Shown here one piece after another: positions 17,642 through 26,283 of a stretch of DNA of 64,000 bases. The notes under the pieces were generated by a model. It made no database searches. It was not told where the DNA came from and worked only from the letters and a program-made list of their open reading frames with translations. Numbering within the stretch: the stretch's first letter is position 1; each line of letters opens with the position of its first letter. The stretch is taken from the NCBI GenBank assembly GCA_963752475.1, contig CAVVYR010000008.1, forward strand, positions 574,110-638,109, in the 5' to 3' direction. The stretch comes from an uncultured Chloroflexia bacterium. Its GTDB lineage: Bacteria > Chloroflexota > Limnocylindria > Limnocylindrales > CSP1-4. The translations under genes and the position numbers were made by a program.

Positions 17642-17715
17642 GCGGGCCGGGTCCGCCAGTGGCTCGGCGCGGTCCAAGCGGCCATGGTGGTGGGCCGTGC
17701 GTCATCGCCTCCCGC
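17642..17715 (-). ncRNA. c-di-GMP-II-like riboswitch variant (copy 9)
   Basis: GCGGGAGGCGATGACGCACGGCCC...TGGCCGCTTGGACCGCGCCGAGCCACTGGCGGACCCGGCCCGC. Confidence 0.7.
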
Positions 17716-17789
17716 TACGTCAGATTCTCCACCTGGCGGCAATCAAGGTCTCCTGACGAGCCGAAGGCAGCCCCGGCGGCGCGATGGGG

Positions 17790-18914
17790 TCACTCAGGGA
17801 ACGTCTGCATCCCTTCGGTCGTGACCGACTCCGGCTGGGCCGGGAACACCATCGGGTCGGTCTCGAAGATGTAGCCCTCGTACGAGTGGTCGAGTGGTCC
17901 GCTGGCATCTGCACCCGGAGTCATACGCAACACGGCCCAGAGTCCGTCGTAGGCGCCCTCGCCGGTCAGTTCGTAGAGGCTGTAGCGGTGGTCGAGACCC
18001 TCGACCGCTCGACCGGTACCCCGCCAACTTCCCTCAGGGCCTTCCAGCAGGTTGCTGGTCGTGACGGCCATCGCGCCCTCCGGAGGCCCCTGCGCCTCTC
18101 GCGGGTCGAGGATGAAGGCGAGGTTCATGTTCATCCAGTGCTGCGATGGCAGGCGCGGGTCGCTCCATTCGATGACTTGCTCGATGACCCCGTAACTCTC
18201 AGCGCCGACCAACCAGCCCCCCACCTCGTGGGGTGGTCCTTCGACGATGGTGTTCGCCCCCGGGTGGTCGTACTGCTCGACCACGGTCCCGGTGACGAAG
18301 GTGACGGGAGCCGGTTCCTCGTCCTGCTCGGCCAGAGTCGCGGACAGAGGCAGCTCGATGGGGTCAGGCATCGGCGGCACCTCGCTCTCGAAGACGTAGC
18401 CGTCGTAGATGCTCGTGACGTGGCCGTCAGCATCGATGACCGGGTTGCCGCCAGCATCCACCACGAGCGACCCTTCGAGCATCGCCCAGAGACCTTCGTA
18501 CGCACCGCTGCCGGTGAGGACATACAGCCCGACCGACGACTCCGGGTCCACGAGCGAGTACTCCGTCCCGGCCCAGTCACCCTCCTCGCCGACCAGCCGG
18601 ACGGCGACGGCGAATGCTCCGACAGCGCCGTCTTCGAGTTCGTGCCAGTTGGCGTTGGTGTCGTACAAGAACCGCGACGGCAGACGCGGGTCACTCCACT
18701 CGACGGTGCGCTCGGTCAGCACGCCGCGCGAGTAGTGCACGTCACCGTCCTCCCACTCTACGGGTTCCGAAGTCATGGACGTGCTCAGCTGTGTGCCGGT
18801 GACGTGGGTCGCAGACGGCGCTTCGCCATCGTCCTGAGCCGTGACGAGCACGGCCAGACCGCCGACCAAGGCGAGCACGACCATCCCGGACAGGGTATGC
18901 AGCAACGTTCGCAT
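17790..18914 (-). CDS. Secreted protein with two tandem WSDPRL domains (cassette 16)
   Basis: EWSDPRLP, GxGAY(E/D)GLWA and Y(D/E)GY(V/I)FE each occur twice. Confidence 0.9.
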   Translation of the reverse strand: MRTLLHTLSGMVVLALVGGLAVLVTAQDDGEAPSATHVTGTQLSTSMTSEPVEWEDGDVHYSRGVLTERTVEWSDPRLPSRFLYDTNANWHELEDGAVGAFAVAVRLVGEEGDWAGTEYSLVDPESSVGLYVLTGSGAYEGLWAMLEGSLVVDAGGNPVIDADGHVTSIYDGYVFESEVPPMPDPIELPLSATLAEQDEEPAPVTFVTGTVVEQYDHPGANTIVEGPPHEVGGWLVGAESYGVIEQVIEWSDPRLPSQHWMNMNLAFILDPREAQGPPEGAMAVTTSNLLEGPEGSWRGTGRAVEGLDHRYSLYELTGEGAYDGLWAVLRMTPGADASGPLDHSYEGYIFETDPMVFPAQPESVTTEGMQTFPE

Positions 18915-18931
18915 GAGGTCCCCTCGCTTGA

Positions 18932-19006
18932 GCGGGTCGGGTTCGCCAGTGGCTCGGCGCGGTCCGGGCGGCCATGATCGAGGAGTCGCGCTTCATCGCT
19001 TCCCGC
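18932..19006 (-). ncRNA. c-di-GMP-II-like riboswitch variant (copy 10)
   Basis: GCGGGAAGCGATGAAGC...GAGCCACTGGCGAACCCGACCCGC. Confidence 0.7.
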
Positions 19007-19057
19007 AACACCGATTCTCTCGCGGACGTCCAACCGCTCGAAGTCGGCTCGACGGGA

Positions 19058-19093
19058 ATCACCATGAATAGCGGGTTATGTCTGGTCGTCGCC
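19058..19093 (+). repeat. Right terminal C site, truncated after the core (attR-like)
   Basis: ATCACCATGAATAGCGGGTTATGTCTGGTCGTCGCC, then unrelated CCTGAGGG instead of GCCATGGCG. Confidence 0.8.
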
Positions 19094-19199
19094 CCTGAGG
19101 GATGACCGTCGGTCCTCAGGTGACCCGGACTCGGGGCGCTGACCTGCTCCTGCTCAGGCAGGGGACTGGGAGCAGGAGGCTCTCGTTGTCTCGGATGAG

Positions 19200-20217
19200 G
19201 GTCTCGGTGGGACTCTCTTCCCGTGCAGCGGGCCGCGAGGGGACAGGCGGCACAGGCCGACCCGAAGCTGGCCTCGGCCGCCCGGCGGCGTCGGGCCCGC
19301 AGCGGGACGGACAGCGCGGCCGGGCAGGTGACCGTGGCCGCCTCGCGGTCGATGGCGAAGTCATCCTTGCTGAAGCGGCCACCCAGGGCGACCGACGGCT
19401 GCACCTTGATGCGCGGCTCGGCTGCGGCGGTCTCGAGCGTCTCGAGCAGTGCGCCACTGCCGTAGCCGGCATCGCCGTAGACGACGGGTGGCACGCCGGG
19501 GCCGGGCTCGCGGGCTTCGAGCTCGGCCTCGAGCAGCTCGGGTGCGACCGCCGCATCGCCGCCGTTGCCCGGCGTCACGGCCGTCGCGGTCACGATCTCG
19601 CTGTCGGGGTCGATCGCGACGTGGCCCTTGTAGCCGTCGAAGCTGCGGGCCTGGGTCTTGTGCCCGTGGCGGGCATCGGGATCGACCGTGCTGACGATCC
19701 GGTCGGGCGCCACCCGCCGGGCGATGCGGAAGGTGCCCTCGCCGTCGGTCTCGAGGTCCTGGCCCAGCAGCGTCGCGAGCAGCGCGGCGGCCTCGGCGAG
19801 GGGCGCGTCGATGGCCTCGCCCTCGAGCGCGACGAGCAGCGCGCTGGCATCGGTCGCGACCGCATCGATGAGGGCCTCGCGCGCTGCGGCGTCCTCCCAG
19901 TCGATGGCGGGCTTGCCGCCGCTTCGATAGTCGTCGTCACGCCCGAGGAGGGAACGGAGCTCGTCCTCGCGCTCGCCCGCGACCCGGAGCAGGCCGCGGA
20001 TGCCCGAGCGCAGGAGCGTGACGGTGTCCATCGTGGCCACCGCGTCATAGAGCGGCGTCGAGTCGAGCACCCGGCGGCGACCCACGAGGCCGGCCTCGCG
20101 GGCCGCGCCGAGGGCGACCTCGAAGATGCGCTCCGGATGTTCGGAACCCGCGAGGCGGGCACGCATGTCCACGAGCACGGTGTGGCTGAAGCCGGGATGG
20201 TCGAAGTCGAGCCCACC
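19200..20217 (-). pseudogene. IS1182-family transposase remnant, truncated at both ends
   Basis: HTVLVDMRARL, RVLDSTP, STVDPDARHGHK, FDGYKGH, YGDAGYG, F..D...VTCPA, CAACPL...CT; lacks N- and C-termini. Confidence 0.8.
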
Positions 20218-20249
20218 GCAGGGCGGACGGCCGCCGGGCGCCGCAGCGT

Positions 20250-21200
20250 GAGGACCTCGAGGGCTCCGGTTCCGCATCCGCTGCGTCCGGACGCCTCACG
20301 AGGGCATCGCCGCGGCCTCGCGCTCGGGGCCAGCCGACCGCCTCCATCGCTGGCGACGACGCTACGCGGACGGTGGCATCGAGGCCCTGCGCCACGAACG
20401 GCGCGGTCCGTCCGGAGCGGCTCCCGGCCGATCGAGCGGGCGGTCATCGTGGTGCGCCTCCTGACGTACTGGAACAGCAAGCGCCTCGCCGCCGAGTTCA
20501 CCCGTCGGGGCATCTACCCCTTGCGCCACCACGCGGTAGACACGCTGCTCGGCGAGTACGGTGCCGCACGGCCCGGGGTCCACCGCCCACGTGGCCCCGC
20601 GTACGAGCGCTCCGGCCCGACGAGCTCTGGCACATCGACATCAAGGGTCCCTTCTGGCTCCGACGGTCGGAGCACGAGCGCACGAAGGTTGGACGTCGGG
20701 CTCGTCGACGACCACAGCCGCTACCTCATCGGCCTGCGGGTGCTGCCCCGGCGGCCACCGAGCCCATCCTCGCCTGGTTCGACGAGTGCCTCGAGCTGGT
20801 GGGCATCCCGCTCGAGGTCTGAGCGACAACGGCAGCCCCTTCGCGACCTGGATGCCGGTACGCTCTTCGGCAAGACCCTCGAGCAGCTGCGCATCCGCCA
20901 CGTCCGAACGCAGGTCAACTCGCCCTGGACGAACGGCAAGATCGAGCGCTTCTGGGGCGTGCTCCAGCGGAGTTGCTCGACCGCGAGCTGTTCCCCACGC
21001 CCGAGGCCGCGACGAGGGACTGATGCGCTTCGCGGTCTACTACGACTATCACCGGCTCCACGGCGAACTCGACTGGCAGACTCCCGCTGAGCGCTACGAC
21101 GGCACGCCCTTCACCGATCTGGCTTCGAGCACGTGCCAGCGCTCCAGCACCTCCAGGACTGGTGACGAGTTGATGGCGCATGACTGATGTTCATAAGAAA
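20250..21200 (+). pseudogene. IS481-family (rve integrase core) transposase remnant with many frameshifts
   Basis: Fragments across frames: RPDELWHIDIKGPF, VDDHSRYL, LSDNGSPF, PWTNGKIERFW, YYDYHRLH, TPAERY. Confidence 0.8.
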
Positions 21201-21749
21201 CTAGGCAGCGTCGCAGGAGTACGTCACGTTCGAGATGAGCGTCGAGCTCCCGTCACCGTTCGGTACGGCCTGGTTCGTGTCCAGCTCGTCGATCGTGGCC
21301 GTGACCGGCAGCGTGCCCCCGGGGACGGACGTGAGCATGTTCGTCTCCCAGACCGGGTTGCCGGCCTCGTCCAGGATGCCTGCCCCGGCGTAGTCGAACA
21401 GGACCGTGCCCTCGCCACAACCCTCGACCTCGCCCGCGAAGAACACGGAGCCGCTGACCTCGAACGTGGCCTCGGCGAAGTTGCCGACCATCGTGCCGTC
21501 CAGGACGGAGATACCGTCGAACGGGTCGGACCTGGTCTGCGGGTTCAAGAACGTGAGGGTCAGGATGGTGCCGTCTTCGCTGGCCTCACAGGCCGGTAGC
21601 CCGGCTGCGGAGCCCTGACCGTACTCGCACGTGATGTTCTCGCCGAAGGTGACGGCGCTCTCGGCCTCGGTCTGCGCCATGGCGGCGCCCGGCAGCAGTG
21701 CGGCCATGAGTCCGCCTGCGAGCAGGCTGGTGATCTTCCGCTTCTTCAC
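21201..21749 (-). CDS. Secreted hypothetical beta-rich protein
   Basis: GTG 21749 after GGGAGAG; KKRK plus hydrophobic core and AMA-Q cleavage site. Confidence 0.75.
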   Translation of the reverse strand: MKKRKITSLLAGGLMAALLPGAAMAQTEAESAVTFGENITCEYGQGSAAGLPACEASEDGTILTLTFLNPQTRSDPFDGISVLDGTMVGNFAEATFEVSGSVFFAGEVEGCGEGTVLFDYAGAGILDEAGNPVWETNMLTSVPGGTLPVTATIDELDTNQAVPNGDGSSTLISNVTYSCDAA

Positions 21750-22111
21750 GAAGCACTCTCCCATCCCCCGGACAGCCACGCGGTGTTGGAGCGGGAACCG
21801 CGCCTCGGCGCGACTGCGAGGAGGGAATGTACAGCGCGCAGGTGCGAGATGTCTACACGAACATCCTTCGCCGCCGACGGGACGACATGGACGATCTCTG
21901 GACCCAACGCCCTCTACGCCGTCCTGCCAGAGGCCATCGAAGGCCAGGCCGTTCCTCGGCTCAGGGCACGTCGACCGGCCGCACCACGCCTGGAACTTGC
22001 CGTGGCCGCTGCTGAGCCAGGCCACGCCACAGACGTTGTGGACCCTTGCGCGGGTGGTCGCCGGTGGGCAATGTCACAGAGGAGTCACCGCTCTTGTCAT
22101 ACATTGTGTAG

Positions 22112-22909
22112 ATGGACATGCATCAGGAGCCGGGCCTCCGGCACCTAACCTACGATCAGCTCGTCGCCTCGACGGCCGACCACGAATGTGACGGCATCGG
22201 GCGAGACCACATCTGTGTCAGGATCGCCGCGGTCGCGGACCTGCCCACCAAGTTCGGGAACTTCCACATCGTCGGCTTCTGGAACGACCGCGATGGCAAG
22301 GACCACGTGGCCATCGTCAAGGGCGACCCCTTCGGCGTGGAGGACGTGCCCGTCCGAATGCACAGCGAGTGCCTCACGGGCGACGCCCTCGGTTCGCTTC
22401 GCTGCGACTGCCGCGACCAGTTGACCTCCGCGCTGCGCACCATCGGTGAGCAGGAGACCGGCATGGTCCTGTACCTCCGTCAGGAGGGTCGCGGCATCGG
22501 CCTGCTGAACAAGCTGCGCGCCTATGGCCTGCAGGACGAAGGCCTCGACACCGTCGACGCCAACCTCGCCCTCGGCTTCCGTGACGACGAGCGCGACTAC
22601 TCGGTCGCGGCTCACATGCTGGGCTTGCTCCAGGTGCGCTCGGTCAAGCTCATGACCAACAACCCCCGCAAGATCGAGGGGTTGCGCGAGCTGGGCGTGA
22701 CCGTGAGCGGCCGCCAGCCGCACATCATCCCGGCCAACGAACACAACCAGTTCTACCTCGAGACGAAGGCCGAACGTTCCGGCCACCTCATCGACTTCGA
22801 CGGCCATGAGCACCTGCTCGAGCAGATCGATCGACCGGTGGTCGACGGCATGGATGACGAGGTGGTCGAGGCCATCAGCACGCTCGATGCGGTGGAGGTG
22901 CGGGCATGA
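22112..22909 (+). CDS. ribA: GTP cyclohydrolase II
   Basis: VRMHSECLTGD, SLRCDC, LRQEGRGIGL, MTNNPRK. Confidence 0.95.
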   Translation: MDMHQEPGLRHLTYDQLVASTADHECDGIGRDHICVRIAAVADLPTKFGNFHIVGFWNDRDGKDHVAIVKGDPFGVEDVPVRMHSECLTGDALGSLRCDCRDQLTSALRTIGEQETGMVLYLRQEGRGIGLLNKLRAYGLQDEGLDTVDANLALGFRDDERDYSVAAHMLGLLQVRSVKLMTNNPRKIEGLRELGVTVSGRQPHIIPANEHNQFYLETKAERSGHLIDFDGHEHLLEQIDRPVVDGMDDEVVEAISTLDAVEVRA

Positions 22910-23607
22910 GCGAGCGGCGTGTGGCCATGGTCACCGGTGCCAGTGGTGGTCTTGGCCGAGTGCTCGTCCCGGACCTCGCCGGCGACGACTGGGACGTCGT
23001 CCTGGTGGGCTCTTCGCAGTCCCGGCTCGACGGGCTCGTGGCTGATTCCGGGCTCGATGCCACGAACGTGGCCACCATCGAGGCTGACCTGCGTGACCAG
23101 TCTGCGGCCACCGCGGCCATCGACGCGGCCTACGACCGCTTCGGGCGGGTCGATGCCCTCGCCCACCTCGTTGGCGGCTGGACCGGCGGCATGCACGTGG
23201 GTCGCTCGCCCGACGACCCCTACCGCGACATGATCGACCAGCATTTCTGGACCTCACTCAACGTCGTGCGCGAGCTGGCGCCCCGCATGATCGACGCCGG
23301 CTTCGGCCGCATCGCTGCGGTCTCCTCGCCCATGGCGGCTGCGCCGGAGGCGGGCATGAGTGCCTACGGTGTCGGCAAAGCTGCGCAGGAGACGCTGTTC
23401 CGGGCCCTCGCGCAGGAGGTTTCCGGCACCGGCGTGACCGTCAACGTCGTGCGGGTGCGGGCCATCGACACCTCGGCCGGAGCGGCTGGGTCGGACAAGG
23501 CCGACGCGACCTCGCCCGCCGAGATCTCCGCCGCCATCCGCTATCTCTTCAGCGACGCTGCGCGCGTGGTCAACGGCGACCACCTCGGGTTGCACGGGGG
23601 GCGTTGA
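22906..23607 (+). CDS. SDR family oxidoreductase
   Basis: TGASGGLG, YGVGK; ATGA overlap with ribA. Confidence 0.9.
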   Translation: MSERRVAMVTGASGGLGRVLVPDLAGDDWDVVLVGSSQSRLDGLVADSGLDATNVATIEADLRDQSAATAAIDAAYDRFGRVDALAHLVGGWTGGMHVGRSPDDPYRDMIDQHFWTSLNVVRELAPRMIDAGFGRIAAVSSPMAAAPEAGMSAYGVGKAAQETLFRALAQEVSGTGVTVNVVRVRAIDTSAGAAGSDKADATSPAEISAAIRYLFSDAARVVNGDHLGLHGGR

Positions 23608-23734
23608 CAGAACGCCACACCCGACTGACGGGACCCTGTACTTCAGCCGGGTCGGGGCGTAGCCTTGCCTGCGCCGGGCGGCCCGCGGCCCTCGCTCATC
23701 CCGCTGCCTGACCTGCCCGGCCCGAGGAGACGAG

Positions 23735-24802
23735 ATGGACGCTTCCCTGATCCGGCCCCGCCTCGTGGCGCTCGGCGTCGGTACCGTGCTGGCCGGCTCC
23801 GCGCTCGGCGTGGCAGCCACCTCCGCGGCCAGCGACTGCACCTACACGTTCCCGGATGGCGGCGGCACCTATGACAAGGTCGTCAAGTCCGGCCAGACCA
23901 TCTGCGGCGGCCCCGGTGACGACACGGTCCTGAAGATGAACGGGGGCCGCTTCCTGGGCTACGGTGGCAACGACCACGTCGACGAGAAGAAGGCCGGCCG
24001 CTTCATCGGCGGCGCCGGCGCCGACTCTGTCGGGACGCACCTCGATGGCGTCTTCCTCGGCGGACGGGGCCCCGACCACGTGGAGATCCTGCGCAACGGT
24101 CTCTACGACGGCGGCAAGGGCAACGACACCGCCGGTCGACAGCACAGCGGCTACTTCATCGGCGGCAACGGTCACGACAGTCTGGCCGTCCTGCTCAACG
24201 GCACCTTCTCGGGCGGCGCGCACAACGACAGCATCACCGAGGAGCACCGCCAGGGCGTCTTCGCGGCCGGGCCCGGCAACGATTCCTCGGCCAGGCAGAC
24301 CGGCGGCACCACTCGCGGCGGCTCAGGCTTCGACCGGGTCGAGGTGATGAGCGGGAACGCCGTCTTCAACGGCGGGCCGCACCGCGACATCGTGGTCGAG
24401 CTTCTCGGCTCTGCCCGCTTCTCCGGCAACAAGGGCAACGACCTCGTCGAGGATCGGCTGGGCAACAGGGCCTGGTTCTTCGGTGGGCCGGGGCATGACG
24501 GCGTCTTCCGCATGACCGACTCGGCCAGGTTCGCCGGGGGCGAGGATCGCGACACCGTCGAGTGGATGTACGACTTCGCTGTCTTCAACGGTGGCCCCAA
24601 GGCCGACGCCGTGGCCCACCAACTCGGCGGGGTCTTCGCCGGCAACAAGGGCCCCGACAGCGTCGGTGATGACGACCTCTTCTACGGCTTGTGGGCCGGC
24701 CTTGCCAACGGCGGCCCAGGCGGCGACACGATCAACGCCTGCACCGGCGGTAGCGGAACGCACACGCGCTTCGAGATCGAGACGACCACGACCTGTCCAT
24801 AG
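23735..24802 (+). CDS. Secreted Gly-rich Ca-binding (RTX-like) repeat protein
   Basis: Signal peptide; many FxGGxGxDxV repeats. Confidence 0.8.
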   Translation: MDASLIRPRLVALGVGTVLAGSALGVAATSAASDCTYTFPDGGGTYDKVVKSGQTICGGPGDDTVLKMNGGRFLGYGGNDHVDEKKAGRFIGGAGADSVGTHLDGVFLGGRGPDHVEILRNGLYDGGKGNDTAGRQHSGYFIGGNGHDSLAVLLNGTFSGGAHNDSITEEHRQGVFAAGPGNDSSARQTGGTTRGGSGFDRVEVMSGNAVFNGGPHRDIVVELLGSARFSGNKGNDLVEDRLGNRAWFFGGPGHDGVFRMTDSARFAGGEDRDTVEWMYDFAVFNGGPKADAVAHQLGGVFAGNKGPDSVGDDDLFYGLWAGLANGGPGGDTINACTGGSGTHTRFEIETTTTCP

Positions 24803-24827
24803 ACCGGTCGCGTTCGGTCCAGGGCGG

Positions 24828-25637
24828 TCAGGCCGGCGCGACGCGCTCGAGCCAATCGGTGAGGTCGCTGATGACCTCGTCGCGGTTGGCGTCGTTGAGC
24901 ACCTCGTGACGTCCGTCTTCATACAGGTGGATGGTGACGTCGTCGGTGGGCATGTCCCCGACGGCCTGGAGCGAGCGCTGATAGGGCACGAATGGGTCAC
25001 TCGTTCCGTGGAACAGCGCCACCGGCATCGTGAGCAGGTCGTTGTTCCGGGCGAATCGGTCAAGCGCCACGACCTCGGCTTCGAGCAGCCCTCGCTTGTA
25101 CTGGCCGTGGTAGACGAGCTCGTCCGCGGCGTAGGCCGCGCCGGCCGCCGGGTCACGTGAGATAGCCAGTGGGTCGTATTCGACCCGCGGCAACTGCGGC
25201 GCAGCGAGCACTTCGCGCGCCCAGGTCCAGTCACCGATGACGGCGCCACAGAAGCCGACACCGGCGACCTCGGCCGGCCAGCGTTGGGCGAAGCGGGCCG
25301 AGAGCAGGCCACCCATGGAGTGGCCGACGAGCAACAGCGGAAGGCCGGGGTGCTCCGTGCGTGCGATGTCGGCCAGCGTGTGCAGATCGTCGGTCACATG
25401 CTCGAAGTCGGTGATGAGGGCACGTTCGCCTTCCGAGCGCCCGTGACCGATATGGTCGTCGGCGTAGACCACGGCGCCACGGGCGTTGAGCGCCGCGGCC
25501 ACATGTCCGTACCGTCCTCCATGCTCAGCGTAGCCATGGACGATGAGCACGATCCGGACAGGTGGATCGGCGGGCTCCCAGCGGTGGTAGTGGATCCGGC
25601 CCTCGCTGCCGGCGAAGGTCGACTCGGTCATGGTCAT
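24828..25637 (-). CDS. Lysophospholipase/monoacylglycerol lipase-like alpha/beta hydrolase
   Basis: HGYAEH, GHGRS, GHSMGG, HGTSD, RHEVLN. Confidence 0.9.
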   Translation of the reverse strand: MTMTESTFAGSEGRIHYHRWEPADPPVRIVLIVHGYAEHGGRYGHVAAALNARGAVVYADDHIGHGRSEGERALITDFEHVTDDLHTLADIARTEHPGLPLLLVGHSMGGLLSARFAQRWPAEVAGVGFCGAVIGDWTWAREVLAAPQLPRVEYDPLAISRDPAAGAAYAADELVYHGQYKRGLLEAEVVALDRFARNNDLLTMPVALFHGTSDPFVPYQRSLQAVGDMPTDDVTIHLYEDGRHEVLNDANRDEVISDLTDWLERVAPA

Positions 25638-25647
25638 GTGCGGCTGA

Positions 25648-26283
25648 TCACTCGAACAACGTACGCACCTGCTCGGCCATGGCCGCGCCCAGGCGCGCAC
25701 ACGATTCCGGGCCCAGGTGGATGCCATCGTCGGGGTGCGCCGAGGCCACCGAGCCGGCATCGAAGAACGCGGCACCGTGGTCCGCTGCCACGAGCTGGTA
25801 CATGCCGGCCAGTCGACGCGAGGTCTCGATCGCGGCACCGAAGCCCCACATCTCGCTCTGGGCCGTGAGCGGCCCGATGGGCACAGGCGACACGAGCAGC
25901 ACCTGCGGCGGTGTGTCGTCCGGCCCCGCGAGCGTGCCCTTGGCCTCGTCGACCAGCCGAGCCGCTCCACAGGCGATCTCGGCCGCGGTGTTGTCATAGA
26001 TGCGCTTGAGGTCGTTGGTGCCAAGCATGATGATCACGAGATCGACCGGCGCGTGCGTGAGCAGGCAGGGGTAGAGGTACGTGAGTCCGTTGCGGCCCCT
26101 CTCGATGGGTGCGTCCCAGACGGTACAGCGGCCGTTGAGGCCCTCTTCGATGACCTCGTAGCCGTCCCCCAGGGCGCCGGCCATCACGCGCGGCCAGCGT
26201 CGTTCTCGCGGTAGGCGTCCGGGTCCCGAGGGGTTCGCGCCGTGGGTGTTGGAGTCGCCGAAGCAGACGATGGTGCGGGTCAT
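25648..26283 (-). CDS. SGNH/GDSL hydrolase (arylesterase-like)
   Basis: FGDSNT, EGLNGR, MLGTND, DGIH. Confidence 0.92.
   Translation of the reverse strand: MTRTIVCFGDSNTHGANPSGPGRLPRERRWPRVMAGALGDGYEVIEEGLNGRCTVWDAPIERGRNGLTYLYPCLLTHAPVDLVIIMLGTNDLKRIYDNTAAEIACGAARLVDEAKGTLAGPDDTPPQVLLVSPVPIGPLTAQSEMWGFGAAIETSRRLAGMYQLVAADHGAAFFDAGSVASAHPDDGIHLGPESCARLGAAMAEQVRTLFE

Larger units (their letters stand above)
1485..19093. other. Cassette-like gene array: 16 genes separated by conserved modular repeats (riboswitch-like leader, C site, D motif)
   Basis: 13 direct copies of the C site at ~0.8-2.5 kb spacing, 10 full leader copies and ~14 D motifs, all read directly from the sequence. Confidence 0.9.

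Noticed and set aside
1554-18914. Diversity-generating retroelement acting on the paralogues
   Set aside because: No reverse transcriptase, and no near-identical TR/VR pair differing only at adenines.
1485-19093. CRISPR array
   Set aside because: Repeats are separated by 0.8-2.5 kb gene-containing segments, not 30-40 nt spacers, and no cas genes are present.
1485-19093. Classical integron/CALIN with attC sites
   Set aside because: Several stops read GAGTAAC, but there is no matching GTTRRRY R' box or L-box architecture, and no IntI gene.
21750-22111. FMN riboswitch upstream of ribA
   Set aside because: No AGGGCGGGGUGAAAUUCCC-like RFN consensus found.
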